DNA from: Selaginella moellendorffii
Lineage: Eukaryota; Plantae; Lycopodiophyta
Assembly: GCF_000143415.4 (NCBI RefSeq)
Contig: NW_003314294.1
Span: 305,402 to 369,401, forward strand
DNA: 64,000 nucleotides
Direction: 5' to 3'
Each line of letters starts with the position of its first letter. Position 1 is the stretch's first letter. Made by a program: the position numbers and the translations under genes. Positions 9,451-19,779 of the stretch are shown piece after piece. The notes beneath the pieces were generated by a model. That model was not told the origin of the DNA, made no database searches, and saw only the letters and a program-made list of their open reading frames with translations.

Positions 9451-9810
9451 AACCTCTTGATACCATTGAAAACATGCAGCACACAAGAAAAAGAAGAAAA
9501 CTCATGTTTAGATATTATCATTGCCATATACAGTGTGAAATTGTTGGAGAAGGCGCAGGCTGAGCCTCAGCCTGCGTGCGCATGAGGGAGGGGTGCTCAC
9601 CTGCCACATGGCACAGAAGGGGGGGAGGGGAATAAAAAGGGAGGGGAAAGTTAGGGGGACACATATTAGAATAACTAGAATATACTAGGAAGTGTTCTAT
9701 AAATACAAAATTAACCTACTGTTAATTTTAGGTATATCAATCCCTTTTGTTCAATTTAAATGCCTTTAGATAAGGCAATCAATCTTGGGGATAACAATTA
9801 TCATGATTCA
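9451..9810 (-). mobile_element. Possible LTR plus tRNA-iMet PBS remnant
   Basis: CTCTTGATACCA (reverse TGGTATCAAGAG) at ~9454-9465 abuts a TG-starting segment that contains an 11-bp perfect hairpin at 9554-9576. Right end uncertain. Confidence 0.35.
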
Positions 9811-10317
9811 CTGCTCTGTTTTTAGAGCCTGACTATCCACAAGAAAGCCACGGCAGCGATGCCCTCCATTCCCGTTGTCAAGGAATAAAGACACTGTAGA
9901 AATCAGGGAATTGCTCTAACTGCTTTACACAAACTCGCAAACAAGCCAAGGGACATCCACTGCTGTCCAAAAAAAGTCACTAAAATGGCGGGATCAATAT
10001 TATTCTAGAAGAGGAACGAGTTGCAATGTCACAGAATACATCACTTGTGAGGAAATCCGCATACTGATTGCCAAGAGAACCTTACAAGTATGTTTCATCT
10101 TATATCTAATGGAACATGTGTTGATGCAGAGATCATAGAATCACCTTAGACGAATGGAAAATCTCCATCGCCAAGCCAGCGCCAACAGGCACAAACATCT
10201 TTCCTGGAGGGGGACCTCCCTTGCGTCTTTTGTTCTCTCACGATTCTTGCAAGTGAAGAAAAATATGCGCAAACTTAGCCAAAGTAACTTAGGATTTAAA
10301 TTGAAATGGAAAGCAGA

Positions 10318-11180
10318 TTATTTCAGCTGGTCTGGAACCGGGGTGGTGTTTCCAGTCAGAACAAAAACAGTGCTCGAAAATCTGTCACGCCTGTGCTTCC
10401 GTGGGAAAACATACGAAGTTTTAGTTTCCATGTCCACGACAAAAGGGCGAAGTTTTGGGCGGGCTTCTTTGGACCAGAAGCAATACAGACTTCCCAGGTG
10501 GCGATGATTATATTCCTCGTGCTTAGGTATGCCAACTTTTGCCACCAAGTTCCACTCACTCTTGTCCACTTGAAACTTCTTATGAATGAGTTTTCAAATC
10601 GATGGATCCCTCTCTTCCCAGACCCTGAACTCGTTGTTAGTAATCACCTCAAGCATTTTTCTCCCCTTATACTCGAAATCCCTGATATAACTTCTCGGCT
10701 CTTTTCTCTTTATCTGATACGGTGGATGCCGGCAATTCTCTAGAGCTGGACCAAGAAGTGGATCAATTCTCCATGCACTCAAGGATGAATCATATAGAAC
10801 AGAAATCTCGTTCAACATTGATAACATATATGGAGTACTTCTGGCGATCAACACTAAATAGTACTTTATTATGAGACCACAAGATCTCTTCATCCACCTT
10901 ATCCGTCTTGAGAAATATCTTGTCAATGGGAGGTATTTCTTTCCATTCCATGAGCACAGGATTGCCAACATAGCTCTTCGATCCACAGCGCAAAAGCACC
11001 AGCCCATGCTCAATAGCCAAAACTCTATAAGGATTCTCAAAGCTTGGAAATGGCTCATCTAAAAGGAAACCTGAGAGAGGACACCACGCCTTCAACACAT
11101 CATTGACATACGTGATGATCCAAACCCCTGGATCCATTACACTCCTGGAATTGAAGTCTGGGGATTGGATTAACTGTTTA
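10318..11180 (-). pseudogene. F-box family pseudogene (5'-truncated, frameshifted paralog of 46234-47190)
   Basis: Three overlapping ORF pieces (IQSPDFNSRSVMDPGVWII..., KEPRSYIRDFEYKGRKMLEVI..., WSKEARPKLRPFVVD...) are colinear with the intact F-box ORF. Confidence 0.85.
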
Positions 11181-11699
11181 CTACACTCCAAATCATCCAA
11201 ACTCAGACCACACCTGAACCAGAAGCTTTATTTAATCATATTTTTATTTAGATTAATTTAAACTATAAACATGTTTAAACGTTCTTAAACACGAATTTAT
11301 AGAATCAATGGCTAGGGATATCAGGAGAGAATATTGTGTCTCCAGATGGCGGGCAGAGCACTGTAGCGTATTTAGTCAATATCCTACAACGGGTTAGATT
11401 TTGCCTGCACAAGAGGGGGAGCTCTAGCAATAATTGCATGGCACAGACTAAGCAATTCAAACCCCACACATCGAATGGGCAAGCAGGCTTTACTCCTGTA
11501 TTGACCAATTGATAATTCTCTGTTTGAGAGGCTACACTTCAAGCGAAACCGAGTGCTTTTCCTGGGATATGTCGATCTAGCTAAAGCATTGGATCATGTT
11601 CCATAGCATCTGTTGATCAGCAACTCCAGGTCCCCGTCCCCTAGTTGCTGAGCTATATAAAACTGTCCGATTCTAAATTCGTCATGGTTCTTGGTAGGC

Positions 11700-12070
11700 C
11701 TGGAGACACAGCGTGCTTCTACCAGGGCGCTCAGCTGGCCGTAGTAGATTGGTATACTTATCACTCCAATCAGCTTGTCATGCTGCTCAGATCACCAGCC
11801 AAAACGCCAATGCTTTCTGACTAAGGTTATGTGAGGTCACATGGCTAGATCATGGTGGGATCAAGCGGAGGATCTGCAGTACCAATTCATCCTGACTGAG
11901 GTGCACACTGGGTATGTCTTATACCCCATAATACTGCTCAAGTCTGGCCTCTGGCCATTGGAGCTCCTTACATGGAAGCAGGTACATCAAAATGTAGTGG
12001 CAATTGTCACAGCGTGCTGTCTTATGTATGAAAGAAACAGGGGCTAGTGTTCTGATGTTAAGGATTTGAT
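11700..12070 (+). mobile_element. Possible PIF/Harbinger (DDE_Tnp_4-like) transposase remnant
   Basis: Degenerate motifs VDG-ILI, TKV..G...SWWD, TGYVLYP and IVTACCLMYE resemble Harbinger IDGTHI / GxPGSxHD / DSGYPL / IIxACCxLHN. Heavily decayed. Confidence 0.35.
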
Positions 12071-12179
12071 GATGAGCTTTGGGCTGGATCTTGAGAAGAT
12101 CATTCAGGACTGGATATCACCATGTTCCTCCCTCAGTGTGATATATGTCAGCCGCATAGAAGTGCAGGAATTGTTCTCT

Positions 12180-12582
12180 GGAGAGGATCAGACCATTAAT
12201 AATAGTTTAGTTTCTCACTTGTTGGAGATGGCTGCTGCCATACTCTCTTTGTCTTTTGGTTCATTGCAGAGATAAGAAAATGTAGCAAAAACATTGCTCT
12301 TCACAGAGGACGAGGTACAATTTGTTAGTATTTTCTTGTCTCAGCTCTCCTCCTCTCAAAAGATTATAAACCACTGCTTTGCCTGTTGTTTAGCCAAGAG
12401 CTCAAGAGGAGTTGTTTAGAGTTTTCTTGACAACATTTGAAAGCTCTTCTTGACCATCAACATGAAGTTCCTTTCTTTCCAAATTACAAATTCGCAGAAC
12501 AGGCCATTGCCATCCAAAGTACTATTGCTCCATAGTGTAGAAAAAGATCTAGTGGTATCACCATTCTACTGGAAGAATCTTT
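12180..12582 (+). repeat. Dispersed duplicate of 61920-62365 (unidentified gene/TE fragment)
   Basis: Shared sequence ...TTCTCACTTGTTGGAGATGGCTGCTGCCATACTCTCTTTGTC...CACAGAGGACGAGGTACAATT...CTACTGGAAGAATC. Confidence 0.8.
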
Positions 12583-12940
12583 TGCAAAGTTTGGTGGAAT
12601 TCTTCAAAGGAAGATTTAAAAGGATGACTCAGTTAATTTGATTGCAAGTTTAGAAATCAGTTCTTCAGCTTAGACAATCAAAGACTTTTATATGAGCTTA
12701 CTACAAGGACTCAGAAAGGATGAGCTGTCCAGATTTTCATAGATGCCCTAAGTCAGCTTGCAATGTAATTATGACCATCTATAGTCATTGATTTGGCACC
12801 TAAAAGAGTATTTTGTAGAAGGATTGAAAACTCTATTAAGGGATCATATGTAAAACATATTTTAAGAGTTATATGAATTGAGTTCAAACTTTGGGAATAC
12901 TTTTAAGAGACAAAGATTTTCATGGCAAGCAAAACTATAA

Positions 12941-13620
12941 TGTAAATAACCAAAGAGAACGACTCGAGGGGGCGATCCATAAGGGTTTAAATACAGAGGG
13001 AAAAGGCCCATGAATAAAAGTGCACCCCTTTTTCCAATCGGTTAAGGATCTTGGGATATTTAGGGTTAAACATCCTTGGGTTTGAATAGTACTAGGCTGG
13101 ATGACCTCCCGAGAAATCCAAACTCAAGAGCTTATATTTGGTATTAGAGAGGTTTCGGGTCCAACTCTGTTGGTTGGCTAGGGGAATTGCACCACATGTT
13201 AATTAACATCTGGCAAGTCCAATTTACTCCCACTGGGCTCGACTTGAGGGGTAGGGTGTTAAGGTCCAATTTACTCCTGTTGGGCTCGACCCGAGGGGTA
13301 GGGTGTCAAGAGAGCGAGGCTCTCGGGAGAGCTGCGACTCTCAATTTCTGTTCATGAGGGCATGAACTTGCAAGGAAGCAACTTCTGTTTATGAGGGCGT
13401 GAACTTGCAGGGAAGCGTGGTGGATTATAAGTAACCAAAGAGAACAACTCGAAGGGCGATCCATAAGGGTTTAAATATAAAGGGAAAGGGCCCATGAATA
13501 AGAGTGCACCCTTTTTTCCAATTGGTTAAGAGTCTTGGGATATTTGGGATTAAACATCCTTGGGTTTGAATAGTACTAGGCTATGTGACCTCTTAGGAAG
13601 TCCAAACTCAGGAGCTTATA
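12941..13620 (+). mobile_element. Complete Cassandra-type TRIM
   Basis: LTRs at 12941-13136 and 13426-13620, each with the 5S-derived segment. PBS TGGTATTAGAG at 13139-13149. Internal region has two short duplications. PPT GGGAAGCGTGGTGGA. Near-TSD TATAA/TATAG. Confidence 0.88.
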
Positions 13621-13630
13621 TATAGAATTG

Positions 13631-13910
13631 GCAAACCAAAAAAAGATTGTAAAGGATGTTGCAAAAAAGTTATATAAATATATATTACAATAATAGTTTA
13701 AAAATGGCATCTTATTTTTCTTTCCTTAAACCAATTGAAAAATGGGTAATTGCTTAATAAAAGAGCCTTTAATAGGTATTTTCGGCAAACCAAAAGAAGA
13801 TTGCAAAGGATGTTGCAAAAAAGTTATATGAATATATATTACAATAATATTTTTAAAATGGCATTTTATTTTTCTTTCCTTAAACCAATTGAAAAATGGG
13901 TAATTACTTA
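13631..13910 (+). repeat. Two-copy ~127-bp direct repeat within decayed DNA-transposon-like sequence
   Basis: GGCAAACCAAAA...GAAAAATGGGTAATT(G/A)CTTAA at 13631-13757 and 13784-13911. Confidence 0.8.
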
Positions 13911-13919
13911 AGGTATTTT

Positions 13920-14360
13920 ATTTCCATATATCCCCTAAGGTTCCAAAAACCTACAATGACAATGTATCTAAATCTCATTTTATGATCATATGTGTTACAT
14001 GGGTTAAGAAATGCTTAAATTAGAGATTTATAATGCACTAAGATGAGGGATTTTGAGTGCCTTATAGTGACATTAGAGTAGTTTAAAGAGGGATTGGTAA
14101 AGGTCATCTCAAGAACCTGATATAGATGTTTCAAATGGCTACAAAGGGTGACTAATGGATGGAGTTTTTTTACAAGAGGAAACAATTGGAATTTATGACT
14201 AAAGATGCTTGATTGCAATAGATATAAAGGGAAGATATATGATGTAGTTGACATTGCATCTTAGGTGGTGGCAGAGATAGCATAATAACTTTATCCTATC
14301 TATAAGTTCTTGAATTTGAATTTCTTAAGAGGTCATTGAGTAAGGCTTTTTCTACTTATA
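13920..14360 (+). mobile_element. Possible hAT transposase C-terminal (dimerization domain) remnant
   Basis: Degenerate LRWWQR...SLSKAFS resembles hAT WW..(S)ERxFS. Confidence 0.3.
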
Positions 14361-14759
14361 CTCGTGTTCTTGCCCTTGTCTACAAAATAATGACAAATAA
14401 ATAGAGACAAGAATGTAGAGAAGAGAAGAAGAAAATAAGAATGAGAAGAGAACTTAGCCTCAAACCCCAAAGGCATGAGTAAGGATAAGTATATATCACT
14501 CTCTTAACTCTATTTTGTACAAACAATCATAGGTGGTGTGAGTGCTTGGAATATGGAAAGGGAATACAGAAATGTGCATATCAATTAGCCCAAAAACCCT
14601 AGCTTATATACAAGAGCGAGTGGTCCGGATTGAAACTAATCCGACGGCTACCAAAATCCCACTACGCTAATATTAGTATATGGCATTGTAGCTGTACACT
14701 TGGCCCTCACATCATCCCCCCCTCTCAGGATAATGGAAGACCATCAGGGTTCTCTTGTA

Positions 14760-17700
14760 GACGGGCCGGGATCTGGAGGAACATCAGGAGGAGGCATTGG
14801 CGGATCTATAGATGGTATTAACTGCTCTTGATCCCTTTGTATGAAGCGTTTCAACCGCTGCACATGCACAATCTCTGGAGGATAGGCCTACTGGACGTCA
14901 TGCCGAACCTCATAAACTTGTGGTCCAACTTGCCGCAACACCCGATACGGTCCTTTCCACTATGCAAGGAGCCCCTTAGATAAACCACGTACCGTAAGAT
15001 GGGGAAAACGGACTAACACCAAATCATCCACTTTGTACTCCGCAGGTGGACGATGACGGGAGTTGTAGCGCTGTTGTTGTCCCACTTGTACGCAGCCTAA
15101 GTGTTCGGCAGACTCCGCTCGGACAAGTGGAAGAATGCTTGTCAAATATTGATCCCATGACCTAGCATCCGCAGCTCGTGGCAATCGCGAAGGTAAACTT
15201 ATTTCCGTTGGTAATATTGGATCATGACCAAATAGGAGTTTATATGGTGAAGCACCAACAGAACTCTACACCCTAGTGACATATGCATACCGAAGAGACA
15301 GCAAATAACCATCCCAATCCGAATGCTGAAAGTTCACATACTTCGCAATCATCCCCTTGAACGTCTGAACGAGCCGTTCCACCAGACCGTCTGATTGTGG
15401 ATGATAAGCACTCGTGAAAGTGTGGCGAATCCCCAACCGAGACGTCAAAACATGAAATGCCTCAGCCATAAAAGTGGGACCATTATCCGAAAGAATCCGC
15501 TCTGGACAAGAATGCTGGAACACCACTCGATTGAGGAGGAAGTATCCAACAGCAGTTGCAGAGGCACTAGCAAGAGCACCAACTTCCACCTAACGAGTCA
15601 AATAGTCAGAAGTAATAATAACATACTCATTGCTAGCAGTTGACCGTGGAAAAGGTCCCATAAGATCAAATGCCACCAATTCAAATGGACGGGAAACTGC
15701 AATTGACTCCAACCATCCTTCCACAGTCCGAGGGAGAGTATTACGAGCTTGGCACCAAACGCAACTACACACATACCGGATAATATCACGTCGCATCTCC
15801 GGCCAATAGAAAGACATGTGTAGCTTCTCAATTACACGACGATGTCCCATATGCCCACCTAGAATAGGAGAATCATGGTAGGCATGGAGAAACAGCGGAA
15901 TAAAGATAGAAGGCACCACCAGCCGTAAATGATCATCAGGATTTGTCCCCACAAAATAAAGAAGGCCACCTTCAAGACGATATTGAGAATGTAAATGCCG
16001 GAAAGGCAAGTCATCAGCAAGTGATGCAGGATTCTCAAACCCATCTCGAAGCCTTCGAATCCATGGCTCAATCTTTTGAGCCTCACGAACCTCATCAAGC
16101 GAAGGTAGATCTTGCTCTGCACCTTGTGGACACTGAACATCAAGTATAGCAACTGCCGACGGCACAGAATCCTCGTTTAGAAAATCCACAGATGCTGGAA
16201 CGATAGGCTCGTCAGAAATATGAGAAGAGAATGAAGAAGGAAGAGGAGCTCGAGAAAGGGCATCAGCATCAGCTATAGAACTCCCTAGGCAGTGAACAAC
16301 ATCAAAATCATATATCTGAAGCTTCAAAGCCCACCGAGCAGTACGACCAACCAGGTTCTTTCGCTTTAATAACGAAGTAATAGCAGCATGGTCACCTTCA
16401 AGTATCATTTGAGAACCATGTAGATATGCATGAAGTTTCTTGAAACCCCAAACTGCTGCTAAACACTCCTTCTCTGTCGTGGAGTAGTTCATCTCCGCTG
16501 GTTGTAATGTATGGCTTATATATGCAATGGGATGGCGCTGACTAGGCACACTCGAGCTCTCTTGCATTAACACACCTCCAAAACCAATGTCAGAAGCATC
16601 CACGCGCAAAATAAAAGGTCGAGTGTAGTCAGGATATGCCAAAATCGGAGGAGTTGTCAATAACTTTTTGAGATCCCCAAACGCCTGCTCACAATCCGGA
16701 GACCAGATGAAAGATGATGTTGATGACTTCAGCAACGCTCGCAATGGTGTAGTGCAATTAGAAAGATGATCCACGAAACGCCCGAGATACTGCACCTTGC
16801 CCAAGAAGCGCTGCACATCATTCACACACTTCGGAGTAGGGAACTTTAGAACAGCCACAAGTTTGTCAGGATCAACTTGTAAACCCTCACGAGAAATACG
16901 GTACCCAAGATAAGTTGTGTCCTTGGATCCAAACACGCACTTCGACCGCTTCAGCTTTAAACCAACGTCGCGTAGCCGATTCAACACTTTACAAACATCA
17001 CGAACGTGCTCCTCCCACGTCCCCTCCAAGTGGATCAAGACATCATCAATGAAGTCAGCAGTCACCTCCGGCATATCACAAAGAACCTCGTCCATCATCC
17101 GTTGAAAAGTTGCTAGAGCATTGTTCAAACCAAATGGCATCACCAAGAACTCATACAAACCAAATGGTGTACAAAAAGCAGTCTTAGGAATATCTTCTTC
17201 GGCCATCGGTACTTGCTAGTACCCAGAAGCAAGATCTAGCTTGGTGAACCAACGACTTTGCCCCAGACGATCCAAGAGATCAGCAGTGTGAGGAAGAGGG
17301 TACACATCCGGGATCGTTACGTCGTTTAACGGACGATAGTCGATGCAGAAACGAATACTCCCATCAGGCTTCGTCACAAGATGAGGTTCACATGCCCAAG
17401 GACTTCGCGACTTCCAAATAACACCCTTCTCCAACATCTCCTGAACATTTGCACGTAAAATCTTGATCTCCTTTGGTGACCGACGACGAACAGGAACCTT
17501 GATTGGACGAGCATCCCCAGTTGGAATCGGATGACATGTAGCAATCTTGGCTCCAGACGATAGGTCAAAGTCAAAGAGATCAGAATACTCCTTCATGAGC
17601 CGGTCAACTGTTGCAACACAAAGATCATCGGAGGGATCGGAAAAGGGAAGAGCAGAACAAGATGGAAACACAGAAGGAAATAGTGGAAGAACAAAAGTAA

Positions 17701-18229
17701 TGGAAGCAGAGGTAGAAGTAGAGGGACAAAGAGGTACGGATGTGAAAGGAATGGAGGAAACATAAGGAAGTATGAGACAAGGGGGAGAAGCTTCAAAGTC
17801 ACACTTGGCATGATTGCACTGCAACCAATCCATACCAAGAATGAGGTCAAAAGCTTGACTCGGCACCACCCGCAACAACTGCAACTCAAGCTCGAGATCA
17901 CCCACACGCACAACCAGGTCTACCTCATCCCGTGCACATGCATGTGTACGGCCGTTGCCATAAAGAATGAAAACTGGTTCCGCCGCACGACACAAGTGTA
18001 GACGACGTGTGGCAACAGGTCGAGCAATAGAAGATAAACTCGAATCTGTATCAACCAACACGGAGAGAATAATAGGAGACCTCTTGTTATAAAGATGAGC
18101 TTGGAAAGTAAACACTGGATGAACTGGTGCCGAGTGAACCCCTTGATGATACTCCCGAAAGAAAGATGGAGGGGTCACTAACTTATTCGCGCAAGGTCCC
18201 TCCATTACTCGCGCGACTCCTCGTTTCCC
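14760..18229 (-). pseudogene. pol: pol (PR, RT, RNase H, integrase) with several in-frame stops
   Basis: LVDTDSS (PR); IDYRPLN, KLDLASGY*, MPFGLNNA and FIDDVLI (RT); RVDASDIGFGG and TEKECLA (RH); HDSPILGGH..CVWCQ, AFDLMGP and LSDNGPTF (INT); GPY module. Stops at ~17216, 15590, 15266 and 14960. Confidence 0.9.
18166..18229 (-). promoter_or_regulatory. -1 frameshift signal: G GGA AAC plus H-type pseudoknot
   Basis: Heptamer at 18229-18223, 6-nt spacer, stem1 TCGCGCGAG/CTTGCGCGA (18216-18208 / 18195-18187). Loop ATGGAGGG pairs with CCCTCCAT (18173-18166). pol is in the -1 frame. Confidence 0.8.
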
Positions 18230-19136
18230 GGATTCATCTCGGTGTCCAAACCTTCCACTGCAGCAGCACCAACGGGACGTTGTTGACACCAAGGTCTCCA
18301 CCCAAGAAATGGAGGTCGCCAATCCGGAAAGCACCGACAACGCCGATAAGTATGACCAACTTCATCACACGCCCAGCAACAAACATCACGGCCACGACCA
18401 CGTCCTCGTCCTTGTCCATGGACTCGAGTAGTAGCAGCATCAACCTCCATGGGAACAGGACCATCACTCATAGAAGTGGAGTGGAAGGACGTGCAGCGAG
18501 AAGTGGAAGAGGCGACGTCTCATAACGTTGTGCCAAGCGAAGAGCATCGTCAAGGGTGGCAGGAGCAAGTGCATGCACAAGGCCGACAAGATCTTGACGA
18601 AGTGCTGGCCACAACATTCCTAGCTTGATCTGCTCCGACATATTAGGCTCCACACGAAGCAAAAGACTTCGGAAACGAACGCTAAATTGCATCATCGACT
18701 CAAATGGCCCTTGGCGAAGACGATGCAATTGTTAGAAGGCATCGTCACAATCATCGGCATGTCCGAAGGCGCGTTTGAAGACGTCCGGAAGAACACTCCA
18801 ATCCTCACAAGTGGCCGCACTCAATCCATTGTACCACTGCAACGCCGTCCCTTGGAGACACGTGGGAAACTCACGTAAACGTCAAGCATCATCCCAAGAA
18901 TGATATGTGGCAATCACCGTGAAGTGATCGAACCAATGGTACACATCATCCCCGGGATTCCCACGAAAGAACTCCAGCCGAACGCGAGGATTGGCACCAA
19001 GAGCAAGAGGAGTTAGACCACGTGCTATGAATGCCGCCATCAATTGAGTTTGGTTGTTCAATTGCAAGCGCATAGCATCAAGCAATTGGACCAACTGCTG
19101 CTCGAGAGTCAAAGGAGGAGATTGCTGATCTGCCAT
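18205..19136 (-). pseudogene. gag: gag of Selgy-like element (stops/frameshift)
   Basis: MADQQSPP..FRGNPGDDVYHWFDHF, LRQGPFESMMQFSVRFRSLL, PMEVDA and zinc knuckle CWACDEVGHTYRRC. Confidence 0.85.
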
Positions 19137-19779
19137 GGAGACGAATGAAAAAGAAAGAGCAAAAGAAGAGAAATGACAAAAAGCTAGAAGGAAATGGTAG
19201 ATCTAGACAATACAAAAAGCTAGATCTAAACCAAAATCCTGAAAGGAAAGAACAAAAAGAAGGAAATGGAAAAAGTTAGATCTAGATAATGCAAAAGCTA
19301 GATCTAAACCAAAATCCCAAATCCAAACACTCCTCAGGGACAATCAAAGGTGCCCCTCAACTCCACCAATGTGAGTGCTTGGAATATGGAAAGAGAATAC
19401 AGAAATGTGCATATCAATTAGCCCAAAAACCCTAGCTTATATATAGGAGTGAGTTGTCCGGATTGAAACTAATCCGACGGCTACCAAAATTCCACTACAC
19501 TAATATTAGTATACGGCATTGTAGCCATACACTTGGCCCTCACAGTGGGAGAAAAAATGGTTAATTTAATACAAATGCATATAATAGTGAATGGGGGTTA
19601 TGTTTTAGCATGTTTAAGTGTTACTTATATATTAATTAATTTTAAAACCATTTCTAACTACTTTATGCTTGTTTATGATGAGCATTGCCTAGGTCGGGTC
19701 TTTCTTCTTTAGATGTCTAAACTTAAATATAATTTCATTTTGCCTAATCTTTTTTCTTTTACTTTAGCTGGGATGATAC

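Larger units (their letters stand above)
14537..19544 (-). mobile_element. Full-length non-chromoviral Ty3/gypsy LTR retrotransposon (Selgy-like), inactivated by point stops
   Basis: 175-bp LTRs at 14537-14711 and 19370-19544 (about 10 mismatches). 4-bp TSD GTGG. PBS TGGTGGAGTTGAGGGG (19353-19368, tRNA-Ala-like). PPT GAGAGGGGGGGATGA. gag then PR-RT-RH-INT, no chromodomain. Confidence 0.93.

Noticed and set aside
9554-9576. Helitron 3' hairpin
   Set aside because: The perfect 11-bp hairpin is not followed by a CTRR terminus; it lies in an LTR-like segment.
14960-17218. Programmed stop read-through or RNA editing of TAG codons in pol
   Set aside because: The other copy has sense codons at such positions (e.g. 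TCWVEV, LLAQWKG); these are ordinary C>T/G>A mutations.
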